Positions 51,979 through 62,780 are shown, numbered from the stretch's first letter. The stretch is DNA of 64,000 nt from an uncultured Chloroflexia bacterium (GCA_963702665.1 CAVPDP010000002.1:24704-88703), one strand, 5' to 3'. The notes: a model not told the origin generated them from the letters alone. Numbers and translations are program-made.

Positions 51979-52876
51979 ATGAGCAAGGTTGTCGAAGTCA
52001 GGCAGCTGACCAAATCGTATGGCAACGTCACCGCAGTCAACGCAGGTGAGCTTCTCCATTGAAGCCGGGAAAATCTATGGACTGCTGGGGCGCAACGGCG
52101 CGGGCAAAACGACCATCATGCAGATCATCACGGCGCAGCTTTTCGCCACCAGCGGCGACGTGCAGGTCTTCGGGGAGGCTCCCTATGAAAACAGCCGCGT
52201 GCTGAGCCAGATCTGCTTCGTCAAGGACAGCCAGAAGTATCCCGATAGGTATCGTGTGATCGACGTGCTGGAGCAGGCCGCGTTGTTCTTCCCCCATTGG
52301 GACCGGGAATACGCCTTCGCCTTGATCGAGGATTTCCAGCTACCGCTGAAACGGCGAATGAAGGCGCTCTCCAGAGGCATGCTCTCCGCAGTGGGCGCTA
52401 TCGTCGGCCTCGCCAGCCGCGCGCCACTGACTATCTTCGATGAACCCTATCTTGGCCTGGACGCTGTCGCCAGGAGGATATTTTATGACCGGCTGCTTGA
52501 AGACTACGCGGAGCATCCACGTACGGTCATCTTGTCAACGCATCTGATCGACGAGGTCAGCCGGATGTTGGAGCATATCCTGGTCATCGACCAGGGCAGG
52601 CTGATGCTCGACGAGGAGGCCGAAGCGCTGCGTGGGCGGGCGTTTGCCGTCGTCGGCCCGGCGGCCACGGTCGACACCTATACGGCGGGCAAGGAACTGC
52701 TGGATCGTGAGCCGTTCGGCAGCCTGGTGTCGGCCACCGTCATGGGCAGTGGGAACGCAAGTGATCGCCAGGAAGCCGAAGCGCTCGGCCTGGAAATCGC
52801 CCCAGTCTCGTTGCAGCAGTTGATTGTCCATCTGACCAGTGAACCATCCGCAAGAAAGGCGGTGGGAGTCCAATGA
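51979..52876 (+). CDS. ABC transporter ATP-binding protein, frameshift near 52040
   Basis: MSKVVEVRQLTKSYGNVTAVN / VSFSIEAGKIYGLLGRNGAGKTT (Walker A), LSRGM signature, IFDEPYLGLD (Walker B). Confidence 0.85.
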
Positions 52877-53702
52877 AACGCATCACAAGCGTCATCCTCA
52901 TGCAGACCAGGGACCGGGTGACCTGGTTCGTAATCCCCGCGAGCGTCCTGGCCGCTGGCTTCGCCATTTGTCTGTTCATTGCCCTGTCCATTGACTTGCT
53001 CTTTGGGGGTGCACACACCCGTCTATACCGGCGCTCTGGCCACATTCTTCTTCGTGATGCTGGTGGTAGGCATCGGCGCCGTCATCAGAATGTTTCCGTT
53101 TGCGGTTGGCTTTGGCGCTCGCCGCAGGGATTTCTTCCTGGGCACACTGGCCATGGGAGTCGCGGCCAGCGCCGCCTGGGCGATCCTGCTGGGGCTGCTT
53201 TCGCTCATCGAGGCCAACGTGATCAAGAACTGGGGCGTGGGCCTCCACTTCTTCCACCTCCCCTTTTTCAGCGATGGCTCGCCCCTGCGGCAGTTTTGCT
53301 GGTCATACTATCACGATGCGTCCTGCGTACAATCAGACCCAAGCTATGTGAATGGCGCCGTGCCCCTGGGGCAATTCTGGGTCTACTTCGTCCTCCTGCT
53401 GTTTATGTACCTGCTGGGGTTGCTGCTCGGCAGCATCTACCAGCGCTTTGGCCGCACGGGGGAATACGTCTTCTGCTGGCGTCGTATTTCTGCTCCTCAG
53501 CGTCTTTTTGCTGATGAGCGCCTATTGGAACTGGTGGGGCGCCATCTTCGGCTGGCTCGCCCAGCAGACCGCAGCCGCGCTCGGCTTGTGGCTGGTACCA
53601 CCGATTGCGTTTTTTGCCCTCGTGTCCTACGCGCTGCTACGCAAAGTCGACCGTGTGACCGCTAAGCGAGAGCATCTGCTCCTACGTCGAGCCATTGCTT
53701 GA
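52873..53702 (+). CDS. ABC-2-type membrane permease, at least 2 frame changes
   Basis: The ATGA overlap with the ATPase stop marks the start. Hydrophobic segments are read from ORFs 52873.., 52979.. and 53352.., with shifts near 53020 and 53470. Confidence 0.6.
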
Positions 53703-53730
53703 TAGTAGTTTCGCGAAAGGAACTGTTCTC

Positions 53731-55341
53731 ATGGGACTTCCGCTGAGCGACGATTCCAAACCACCAAAACGTGATTGCCATACCCGCTGTTTCATCAATG
53801 CGCGCTTGGCGTCGCCAGCCTCTTCCGCCGCGCCAACCTTGCGCCCGCCGTGCTGATTATCGCTGGCGTCTCGTTCCTGGCGCATATCCTGGTTGGCGAC
53901 AAATTACGGCTATTTCCGCGATGAACTTTACTTTATGGCCATGAGTCAGCATCCCGCCTTCGGCTATGTGGATGTGCCGCCACTGGTGTCCCTGGATCAC
54001 GCTGATTCCCCGCTTCCTCACTGGCAATGCCCTCTGGGCCATCCATGTGATCTCGGCGCTGGTCTGCGCGGGGACGATCATCCTGACTGGCCTGATGGCC
54101 CGGCTCCTGGGCGGCGCTGGGTGGGTTCAGGGACTCGCTGCCCTGGGGTCAGCGACCGCACTGGTTCTGCTGGCAGGCGGCTCAACCTACACCTATGACG
54201 TCTTCGACCAGTTCTGGTGGACACTGGCCGCCACCATCCTCATCATGTTGCTGCGCGACGACCGCCCCGGCGCTGGCTCGCGTTCGGCCTGGTGGCGGGC
54301 CTGGGATTGTTGACGAAGGAGACCATCCTCTTCTGGGGATTCGCCCTGGTGGTGGGGTTGCTGTTGACCCCACAACGCCGCCTATTGTTCACCCGCTGGA
54401 CGCTGTTTGGCGGCCTGATCGCCTTCGCGCTCTTCCTGCCATTCCTGCTCTGGAATGCCGCCAATGGCTGGGCTTCATTCCAGTATTGGGCGGGCTATTC
54501 TCAGAATCATAGCGCTGGTGGAACGCCGATTGATTTCCTGATCAACCAGATTCTCGTCATGAACCCATTCTTGGCGCTCTTGTGGGGGGCAGGGCTGTGG
54601 TATTTCTTCTCCAAACGTGGCGCGCGCTTTCGGGTCTTCGGGTGGGCGTATCTCATCCTCTTCGTCCTCTTCATCGCGATTCAGGGGAAATCCTATTTTC
54701 TGGCGCCAGCCTACCCACCGTTGTTTGCTGGTGGGGCGATGCTGATGGGCCAATGGCAGGTGCGCTGGCGCAGATGGGGGCCAAGATGGGTCGCGGCTTA
54801 CGCCGTCGTGCTGGCCCTGAGCGTCGTGCTGCTTGGCCCTGCGGCGATGCCGATATTGCCCCCCGCCGTGTATGCGCAGGTGTATGGCAAGAGTGGCAAC
54901 TCCGGATCGCAGCAGGAGTCGGGCGATGCCTACGGCTTGCCGCAATCCCTGGCGGATCGCTTCGGCTGGGAGGAACAAGTCGCCTTGATTGCCAGGGTCT
55001 ATCATAGCCTGCCCCTCAAGGAGCAGCGGGTCGCCTGCATCTATGCGGATAACTATGGTGAGGCGAGTGCGCTCGTCGAGTTCGGTGGTCGCTATCATCT
55101 GCCCCCACCGATCAGCGGACACAACGCCTTCTATATCTGGGGACCCGAAGGGTGTACCGGGCAGGTCATCATCACCATCAATGTCGCTCCCCAGGACGCC
55201 GCCCAGGGCTACGGCTCGGTGACACTGGCCGCCAGGACATCCTGCGCTGCCTGTGTGTCGTTTGAGAATAACGCCCCTATCCTGATCTTGCGGCAGCCAA
55301 AGGCGCCATTCATCTGGGCACAGGTGAAGCATTACGATTGA
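53731..55341 (+). CDS. glycosyltransferase family 39 (ArnT/PMT-like) membrane protein, at least 4 frame changes
   Basis: YGYFRDELYFMAMSQHPAFGYVDVPPLV, ...ALWAIHVISALVCAGTIILTGLMA..., and the body 54217..55341 (LLTKETILFW...). Shifts lie near 53775, 53890, 53990 and 54270. Confidence 0.7.
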
Positions 55342-55685
55342 GACAAGGCATGGATGTGCGTCTGTAGATCAGGCATATGTTCCCGCAAATTTCCTACTAT
55401 CGGGCGCGGCGCGAGAATTGGAGGGATAGAGTCTGCGCAGTTGCCATCAACCTGGGAACCGCCGAATCGTATATGGGAGAGAAGCAGGCGTGTTTCATGC
55501 CATTGTTTGGTGATACGATGTGGATATGACAAGCGCACTGTGACCAGGCTTCTCAAGAGCATTTTGGCGGTGGTAACTGTTCGCTCGCGCCATCTTCTCG
55601 CGCCGCGAACACACGAGCGTATGCGGCCTATTTCTTGCATTGCGAACGCATATATCAGCGCCATGTCTGGTGAAAGGAGACGGTG

Positions 55686-56717
55686 ATGGCTCTGAGGATT
55701 TCACGAAATATTTGGCGTTATGCCGCGACTGCCGCAGCCCTGACAGTAGGCGGCGCGATGGCTGGCGGCGCCAGTATCGGCTACTACGTTGCCATGAGCC
55801 TCACCAAACCGCAACGGCCCAGAATCACCGACCAGTACACCATGAGTCCCTATGAGACGGGGGCAGACTTCGAGGAAGTCGCGTTTGCCTCCCGGGGCGA
55901 GCACATCCTCCATGGCTGGTGGCTCAACCGGCCCGAAACCAATCGTGTTGTCGTCGGCTGCGCAGGGTATCGTGGCAGCCGGGCGCAACTTGTCGGCATC
56001 GGCACGATGCTCTGGCGCGCTGGCTTCAACGTGCTGCTCTTCGACTATCGCGGCCATGGCAGCGACCTGGGTACGCCGGTGACGCTCGGCTTCCGCGAGA
56101 TGGACGATTTCTTCGCGGCGCTCGACTATACCAACACACGGCTTCCAGACGCGCGCATCGGCGTATTTGGCGGCTCGATGGGCGCCGCAATCGCCATCAT
56201 GGGGGCGGCTGAACGCTCGGATGTGCTGGCGGTTGTCGCGGACAGTCCATTCGCGCGCCACTCGGATGTCATCAGCTACCGTGTCCATCAGCGCGTTCAC
56301 CTGCCCGGCCAGCCCTTCACACGCATCTCCGATTACTTTCTGTATCGGATGGCGGGATACCATGGCAGCGATATGGAGCCGATCCGCTCGGTCGCGCGGC
56401 TGGCGCCGCGTCCTCTGTTGGTGATTCACGGGTCAGACGATACCTCGATTCCGGTCGAACAGGGCATTCAGGTCTACGAGGCGGCTGGCGAACCCAAAGA
56501 ACTATGGATTGGCCAGGGCGCGGAACACTGTGGCGCCTATTTCCTGGATCGCGCCGCCTACTGTGAGCGCGTCTCAGCCTTCTTCGATCATGCGCTCGGA
56601 GACGCCGCCGAGAACACGAACTACAGCCAGGGGCGGCGCGGATTGCCGCCCAGGCCTAGCCCACTCCAGGACTGGCGTAGACTCTCGATAATACAACCTC
56701 AAGGGCAGCTTCTGTGA
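55686..56717 (+). CDS. alpha/beta hydrolase (S9/BAAT-like)
   Basis: N-terminal TM segment, nucleophile elbow GGSMGAA, and ...HGSDDTSIP...GAEH. Confidence 0.8.
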   Translation: MALRISRNIWRYAATAAALTVGGAMAGGASIGYYVAMSLTKPQRPRITDQYTMSPYETGADFEEVAFASRGEHILHGWWLNRPETNRVVVGCAGYRGSRAQLVGIGTMLWRAGFNVLLFDYRGHGSDLGTPVTLGFREMDDFFAALDYTNTRLPDARIGVFGGSMGAAIAIMGAAERSDVLAVVADSPFARHSDVISYRVHQRVHLPGQPFTRISDYFLYRMAGYHGSDMEPIRSVARLAPRPLLVIHGSDDTSIPVEQGIQVYEAAGEPKELWIGQGAEHCGAYFLDRAAYCERVSAFFDHALGDAAENTNYSQGRRGLPPRPSPLQDWRRLSIIQPQGQLL

Positions 56718-56805
56718 CTCAGCGGCTGGTTCGCTCGCCCGTACAATGTGAGGTAGGGTCAACCTGCATCCGTTCACGGAGAGGCATCGATTTCTCCAGG
56801 AATGG

Positions 56806-58101
56806 GTGGCGCGGCGGGGGGAGAGCATGGAGCGAGAGACGTCATCCTGGGTCGGGCTGATACGGCAAAGCCTGCGGCGCATCCCGCTATTCCGGGTGAT
56901 CGTTACGCTTGTGGTGGCAGTGCTCGCGCTTCAGGCGGCGGTCATCGCGGTGCTGACACTTATCGCGAGACGGCGCACTCAGCGCCTCCCCCCCGGCGGT
57001 TTCCCACATCTGGGCCTGCCAGAGATGGCTATCGGCGAGAATCGATTGCGGATATTCAGCTACGGCGAGCATCTTTATGACGCCATGCTCGAAGCCATCG
57101 ACAACGCTCGCCAGACCATCTACTTCGAGACGTATCTCTGGAAAGATGACGCAATCGGGCGAACGTTCAAAGAGCGGCTCACCGCGAAGGCCGAGCAAGG
57201 CGTCGCCGTCTACGTGATCTACGACACCTTCGGCAACCTCGTCGTGCCGCGCGCCTTTAAGCGGTTTTCTCCCGCCATCGCCGTGCTGCCGTTCTGGGCC
57301 ATTCGCCGCCCCTGGCACATCCTCGATCCACGGCGCTACGGCCTGGATCACCGCAAGCTGCTCATCGTGGATGGCGAGACCGCATTTATCGGCGGCTACA
57401 ACATCGGCAAACTCTATGCCACCCAGTGGCGCGATACGCACCTGCGCATTCGAGGGCCAGAGGCGCGCGATTTGGCGCAGGCGTTCGTGGGCTTCTGGAA
57501 CCGCTTTTGCCGCAAACGAGAACGCATCCGCCGCGATTATCCGCTCCGCTTCAACCCTATGATTAACGTCTATGGGAACGATATTGCGCGCATGATCTTC
57601 CCGATTCGCGACACCTATATCAGCGCAATCGACCGCGCCCAGCATCATATCAGGCTCACCAACGCCTATTTCATCCCCGATCACATTCTGCTCGAATCGC
57701 TCGAAGCCGCAGCCAGACGAGGAGTCAAGGTCGAGATTCTGCTGCCGTGGCGCTCGAATCACATGCTCGCGGATTGGGCGGCTCGCTCCTACTTCACGCG
57801 CTGTCTCAATGCGGGTATACATCTGCTGGGATATCAGCATGCAATGGTACACGCTAAGACCTGCACGATTGATGGCCAATGGTCAACCATCGGCACCGCC
57901 AACCTGGATCGTCTGAGCTCAATTGGCAACTATGAAATCAACATCGAACTGTACGACGATCATTTCGCCTGCCAGATGGAAGACCTCTTCGAGAGCGACA
58001 AAACCAACGCCACCGCGATTACCAGGGAACGGTGGGAACGCCGCTCGTTCTTCATGCGCCTGAGCGAGCGCGTGCTTGGGCCGCTTCGCCTCTTGCTCTA
58101 G
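56806..58101 (+). CDS. cls: cardiolipin synthase / phospholipase D family
   Basis: Has a TM N-terminus and two HKD motifs (LDHRKLLIVDG and VHAKTCTIDG...GTANLD). Start is GTG 56806 or ATG 56827. Confidence 0.88.
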   Translation: MARRGESMERETSSWVGLIRQSLRRIPLFRVIVTLVVAVLALQAAVIAVLTLIARRRTQRLPPGGFPHLGLPEMAIGENRLRIFSYGEHLYDAMLEAIDNARQTIYFETYLWKDDAIGRTFKERLTAKAEQGVAVYVIYDTFGNLVVPRAFKRFSPAIAVLPFWAIRRPWHILDPRRYGLDHRKLLIVDGETAFIGGYNIGKLYATQWRDTHLRIRGPEARDLAQAFVGFWNRFCRKRERIRRDYPLRFNPMINVYGNDIARMIFPIRDTYISAIDRAQHHIRLTNAYFIPDHILLESLEAAARRGVKVEILLPWRSNHMLADWAARSYFTRCLNAGIHLLGYQHAMVHAKTCTIDGQWSTIGTANLDRLSSIGNYEINIELYDDHFACQMEDLFESDKTNATAITRERWERRSFFMRLSERVLGPLRLLL

Positions 58102-58215
58102 CCCCATACTCTAACCCCATACCCAAGCCTCACACTCTAGCCCATGCTGGTAAGATGGTCACAGATTTCGGTCGTGTGACTCTCTAAAGATGCGCGGAAA
58201 CGAGGCGCTAGGCCC

Positions 58216-59046
58216 ATGAAGGTTTTCATTTCAACCGATTTTGAAGGTGTCGCTGGCATCGTCGACTGGGACCAGATCATGGTAGGCAGCTCCGACTACG
58301 AGATGGGACGCCGCCTGCTGCTGGGCGAATTGAACGCCGCGATTGATGGCGCGCTGGCCGGGGGCGCGACCGAATTCGTCGTCAACGACTCGCATAGCAG
58401 CATGCGCAACCTCCCGCCTGATTTGCTCCATGGCCAGGCAAGGCTGATTACCGGTAAACACAAGCCCATGTACATGATGGAGGGACTCGACGCCAGTTTC
58501 GACGCGATTCTCTTCCTCGGCTACCACGGCTCCATCGGCGCAAGCCAGTCGGTGCTGAGCCATACCTACAACCCACGCGCCATCTGGGAGGTGCGCATCA
58601 ACGGCGAGATCGCGGGCGAGACGGCGCTCAACGCGCTGGTCGCGGCGCACTATGGCGTGCCCATCGCGCTGGTGACAGGCGACCAGGTGACCGCGATAGA
58701 GGCGCAGCGTCTGCATCCCGCGCCCGTCTGCGTCGAGGTCAAGCGCTCGATTTCGCGCTACGCCAGCGAGAGTCTGCATCCTGAGGTTGCCCGTGCGCTC
58801 ATTCACGAGGGCGCCCGCCGCGCGCTTTCTCATGAGAAGCCCGCCACAGCCCCGGCGTTCGCGGCGCCCATACAGATCGAGGTCACGTTTCTGACGGCGG
58901 ATATGGCCGAGATGAGCGCGTGGCTGCATGGCGTGCGACTGGCCGAAGATCGGTCGCGCACGGTGCTGTTGGAGGGCGACGATCCGCTGACGCTCTTTCG
59001 CACCTTTGTCACAATGGTCATGTTAACCCGCTCCCTGGTAGAATGA
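58216..59046 (+). CDS. M55 family metallopeptidase (DppA-like D-aminopeptidase)
   Basis: MKVFISTDFEGVAGIVDW...NDSHSSMRN...LGYHG. Confidence 0.85.
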   Translation: MKVFISTDFEGVAGIVDWDQIMVGSSDYEMGRRLLLGELNAAIDGALAGGATEFVVNDSHSSMRNLPPDLLHGQARLITGKHKPMYMMEGLDASFDAILFLGYHGSIGASQSVLSHTYNPRAIWEVRINGEIAGETALNALVAAHYGVPIALVTGDQVTAIEAQRLHPAPVCVEVKRSISRYASESLHPEVARALIHEGARRALSHEKPATAPAFAAPIQIEVTFLTADMAEMSAWLHGVRLAEDRSRTVLLEGDDPLTLFRTFVTMVMLTRSLVE

Positions 59047-59111
59047 GCCTGCCTGGCGAGAGCAGGGAACCAGGCTGTGAGGAAGCGGTCAGAGAGGGAG
59101 CCAATCTGGAT

Positions 59112-59900
59112 ATGCCGGATACGGACATACATGGGGAGCAGTCGGTTCAGCGGGTGGCGCTCGTGACAGGCGGATCGCGCGGCATTGGGGCGGCGACAGC
59201 GCTCGCGCTGGCGGAGCGTGGCTTTAACGTGCTCATCAGCTACCGCAATAAAGCCACCCGCGCCGAGGAGGTCGTGAAGCGTATCAGCGCAACCGGGCGA
59301 GAGGGCAAAGCCAGCGCGGCGGATATCACGGCGCCAGGGGAGCCAGCGCGACTGATAGCGGAAGTAGCCGACTGGGGACATGGTCGTCTCGATGTGTTGG
59401 TCTTGAACGCGTCCGGCGGTCTGGAGCGCAAGCTGGTGGCAGCCGATCCGCTCTATCCCCAGCGCATCAACCGTGATGCGCAACTGGCGCTGGTCGAAGC
59501 CGCCGTCCCGATCATGCCCGTGGGCAGCTCCATCGTCTTCGTCACCAGCCACTGGGCGCATCTGTATGGCCACGTCGAACAGCTACCCGCGTATGAAGCG
59601 GTGGCATCCACCAAGCATGCTGGTGAGTGGGCGCTACGTGCCCAGCAAGATACCCTCGCCGCCATGGGCATTCGTCTGGTAGTGGTCACTGGCGACCTCA
59701 TCGAGGGCACGATTACGCCCAAATTACTGGAACGCGTGACGCCCGGCCTGGCAGGTTCGCGGCGCACAGCAATGGGAACCTTGCCAACCGCCGAAGATAT
59801 GGGCAAAGTAATCGCCCAGGCAGCCACCGACACCTCGCTGGTCAGTGGTCAGACGGTGGTGATTGGTGGCGCCCTGGAATCTATTCCCCGGCTCACGTGA
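59112..59900 (+). CDS. SDR family oxidoreductase
   Basis: Start at MPDTDIHGEQ. Has ALVTGGSRGIGAATALALAERG...NASGG...VTSHWAHLYG. Confidence 0.8.
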   Translation: MPDTDIHGEQSVQRVALVTGGSRGIGAATALALAERGFNVLISYRNKATRAEEVVKRISATGREGKASAADITAPGEPARLIAEVADWGHGRLDVLVLNASGGLERKLVAADPLYPQRINRDAQLALVEAAVPIMPVGSSIVFVTSHWAHLYGHVEQLPAYEAVASTKHAGEWALRAQQDTLAAMGIRLVVVTGDLIEGTITPKLLERVTPGLAGSRRTAMGTLPTAEDMGKVIAQAATDTSLVSGQTVVIGGALESIPRLT

Positions 59901-59980
59901 GCCAGTGCGGCGTGATTTTTCGAGACGTTGTGCGGAGAGTGAGCGGACGCGTATGCGCGTCGAAAGGAAGCGAACAGGGT

Positions 59981-60766
59981 ATGGGAAAAGGCGATCAGCG
60001 TCATCAGGTGGCATTGGTCACTGGTGGGTCACGTGGTCTGGGCGCCGCCACAGCGGAGGCGCTCGCTCGAAATGGCTACGACGTGCTGCTCACCTGTCGC
60101 AACAAGCCCTGGCGCGCCGAGGCGGTGGTGAAGGACATCGCCGCGCTGGGGCATCGCGCGAAAGCGGTCGCCTCGGATATGACGCAGCCGGCGGATCAAC
60201 AGCGGCTCATCAGAACGGTTTCTCGCTGGAGCAAGAGGCGACTCGATCTGCTGATTCTCAATGCCGCCGGAGGACTCGAACCTGGTCTGAAAACGCACGA
60301 TCCGACATACGCCATGCGCATGAACCGCGACGCGCAGGTGGCGCTGGTCGAGCGCGCGCTGCCGTTGATGCCCGCTGAAAGCACGATTGTCTATGTCACC
60401 AGCCACTGGTCGCACTTGTATGGGAAAATTCGGCAATTATCCTGGTATGAGCCGGTGGCCGCCACCAAAAACGCGGGGGAACTCGCCCTGCGCGCATGCT
60501 GCCGAGGCTGGAGAATGCCCGCGTCCGCCTGCTGATGGCGTCAGGTGATATGATCGAGGGTACGTTTATGACGCGAAAACTTGAACGTATCGAGCCAAAG
60601 ATGGTGCAGGATCGCCGGGCGCTGCTGGGATCGCTACCCACGGCGAAAGAGGCGGCGGCGGCTATCGTCAGCGGCGGTGAGTGATCCAACGCTGCCCAGC
60701 GGCTTCCCGGTGATTATCGGGGGATCACTCCAGTCGGTCATCGATACCTTCGGTGCGCTTGAGTAG
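59981..60766 (+). CDS. SDR family oxidoreductase, tandem paralog of the preceding gene, 2 frame changes
   Basis: MGKGDQRHQVALVTGGSRGLGAATAEALARNG...NAAGG...VTSHWSHLYG is colinear with 59112..59900. Shifts lie near 60495 and 60680. The C-terminus is PVIIGGSLQSVIDTFGALE*. Confidence 0.75.
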
Positions 60767-60768
60767 GC

Positions 60769-60791
60769 CTGAGCGGTTTCCGGCCGCTCAG
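60769..60791 (+). terminator. hairpin just after the second SDR
   Basis: CTGAGCGG-TTTCCGG-CCGCTCAG, 3 nt after the stop. No U tract. Confidence 0.3.
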
Positions 60792-61040
60792 CACATCACC
60801 TCACACGCGCCATGCGCAGAGTGGCCGAAACGGAGTGTTTGGCGTAACGTGATAAAATACCCGCACACGGCGTCCGCTCGTCGCCAGTGTCTCGCACGTG
60901 CGAAGGTGACGGAGTGCAGGCGAATATGCGATCCAGAGAAAGAATAAGCCTGAGGGAGCCTGAGCAGACCGCTGGTCGCATGGCTCCGACGCTATGATTG
61001 GTGAATGGCGCGAGCGTCCAGCGCCAGGGAGGTATCGGTA

Positions 61041-61340
61041 GTGACAAAAGCAGTACAGACGCAGCCACCCCAAACGAATGAGGGAAGCCGGGCATCCAAC
61101 GCAACACTGAAGGCAATCATCACGATGGTGATCGAGATGATTCCGGGCGGCCTCGGACCCTGGGGCATCGGCGATATTGTCACGGCCATCGAGGCTTTTG
61201 CCGGGAGAACGCTGGACGGATTACGACTCTCGATGAGTGAGCGGCTCGTGTATCTCGGCGCATCGGCGATTCCCGTGGTGCCTGCGCGCCCGATTCTCGC
61301 CGTCTATCGTTGGCTGCTGAATCAGCGGCCAACAAACTAA
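61041..61340 (+). CDS. small protein with pre-toxin TG (PT-TG)-like domain
   Basis: GTG 61041 is preceded by AGGGAGG. MIPGGLGPWGIGDIVTAIEAFAGRTLDGLRLSMSERLVYLGASAIPVVP resembles the PT-TG pattern (IP..G...D...A..G.....G..LS..ER). Recognised by eye only. Confidence 0.4.
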   Translation: MTKAVQTQPPQTNEGSRASNATLKAIITMVIEMIPGGLGPWGIGDIVTAIEAFAGRTLDGLRLSMSERLVYLGASAIPVVPARPILAVYRWLLNQRPTN

Positions 61341-61905
61341 CACGACGATCCACGAGAGGCACGGCAGGAGCGCGCAGGTCACAAGATGGCGCAAGGCGGG
61401 AGCGGGAGGCAGCGGATGCGCTCGCATATTTCTCGCCCTGCGCTGGCCGCCTACGCATGCCTATCCTTGAACGGCTACCTCATACAACTCCATCACAGGC
61501 GCGGCAAGGCTGCCGCTGTGTCGGACGGCTCCGCACGCGGCATTCGGTAGCCCCTGATGTGCGCGCGCGTGGCAAGGCTGCCGTGTGTGTCCGCTCTTCT
61601 CACTCTACACGATTCGCCTTGCACATCCGCTATAATCTCACTCTACAGGACAGCAAGCGCGAGCTACCCACAAGCCAACAGTGATATGGCTGTGATGCGT
61701 CGGAATCGTTTGTGACATGGCTGTGACGTTTCCCAGCTATTCTCCATGACAGAGAAGCCCACAATCAGGCCTGACCGCTCCTGCTTCGACGTAATGGCGC
61801 GTCGAAACAGAGAACGCAGTTCAGGTCATCACTGGGGAGAACATCGGGCTCATTTGTTCAAGGGAGGAAGACCAATGCCAAGTCAGCAGAGTCTGGTATT
61901 TCGGT

Positions 61906-62646
61906 ATGGAATGCTCGCCATCATGCCTCATCGCTGGGGTGTGGACGATCTTCCACATCATCTGGGATCTACAGAAGCAAACTGCCGATGACCTTTGGGG
62001 GCAGGCGTTGCTCGTGCTGTTCATCATTGCCCTCGTTCTGGCGTTTGTACGCTATTTCCAGGAGCGCCCCGCATTGCTGGCAAATCCACCTCAGGAGCAG
62101 TTCCCGGAACCCACCATCGCCAGGTTTTTCCTCGGCTCTTCTGGGGCAGCGGCATTATGGTTCGTCGTCCGGATGAACGTCGGCGCACAGTGGTTGATCG
62201 CCGGGTGGGAAAAGGTGCAATCGCCGCTATGGGGGACGAATGGTACTGCGTTGAAGGGATTCGTCAACGGAGCCATCGCCAAGACGGCTGGCCCTAATCC
62301 GTCAGTGCAGGGCTGGTATGCCGACTTCTTACATAACTTCGTCCTGCCAAATGTGGGCCTATTCTCGTTCTTAGTGACATGGGGTGAGGTCGCCGTCGGC
62401 CTTGGGTTGCTGCTTGGGGCGCTCACTGGCATCGCCGCCGGGTTTGGCGTGCTGATGAACCTGAACTACGTTCTTGCGGGCACTGTCAGCATCAATCCGA
62501 TCCTGGGAACATTCGCGCTATTTCTGTGTTTCGCCTGGAGGGTCTGCGGCTGGATTGGCCTTGACCGCTGGCTGCTGCCCGCACTGGGATTGCCCTGGAA
62601 GCCGGGAGCCTTGTTTCGGTCGTCAGATGTAGCCGCCGCGCCATAG
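61906..62646 (+). CDS. DoxX-like integral membrane protein
   Basis: 246 aa, multi-TM, with ...WFVVRMNVGAQWLIAGWEKV...FSFLVTWGEVAVGLGLLLGALTGIAAGFG... A strong RBS plus ATG at 61875 is in another frame, so the true N-terminus may need a frame correction. Confidence 0.6.
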   Translation: MECSPSCLIAGVWTIFHIIWDLQKQTADDLWGQALLVLFIIALVLAFVRYFQERPALLANPPQEQFPEPTIARFFLGSSGAAALWFVVRMNVGAQWLIAGWEKVQSPLWGTNGTALKGFVNGAIAKTAGPNPSVQGWYADFLHNFVLPNVGLFSFLVTWGEVAVGLGLLLGALTGIAAGFGVLMNLNYVLAGTVSINPILGTFALFLCFAWRVCGWIGLDRWLLPALGLPWKPGALFRSSDVAAAP

Positions 62647-62780
62647 CTGTCTGTTTGATATGCGCCAACATGCGCTGCGGTGTACCCTGTCCTTTCAGAT
62701 CGCTCGTCGTCGTAGCGCGCACAGTGGTCTGAAAGGACGCTCATAGGCGGCGCTGGACGAGGGAGATGAGGGGAAGCGCG

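Noticed and set aside
55332-55664. 110-aa minus-strand ORF in the GT39/hydrolase intergenic region, plus other 60-110 aa ORFs in intergenic DNA (e.g. 61746..61991, 60796..61116, 22085..22315).
   Set aside because: They have no RBS, no recognisable domains and atypical composition, so support is insufficient to call genes.
60767-61900. Search for a housekeeping RNA (RNase P, tmRNA, SRP RNA, 6S) in the larger non-coding gaps (2817-3178, 35440-35725, 60767-61040, 61340-61900).
   Set aside because: None of the conserved cores I know were seen, for example GAGGAAAGUCC for RNase P or the tRNA-like GGGG...CCA ends of tmRNA. Only tRNA-Arg at 62781-62856 is supported.
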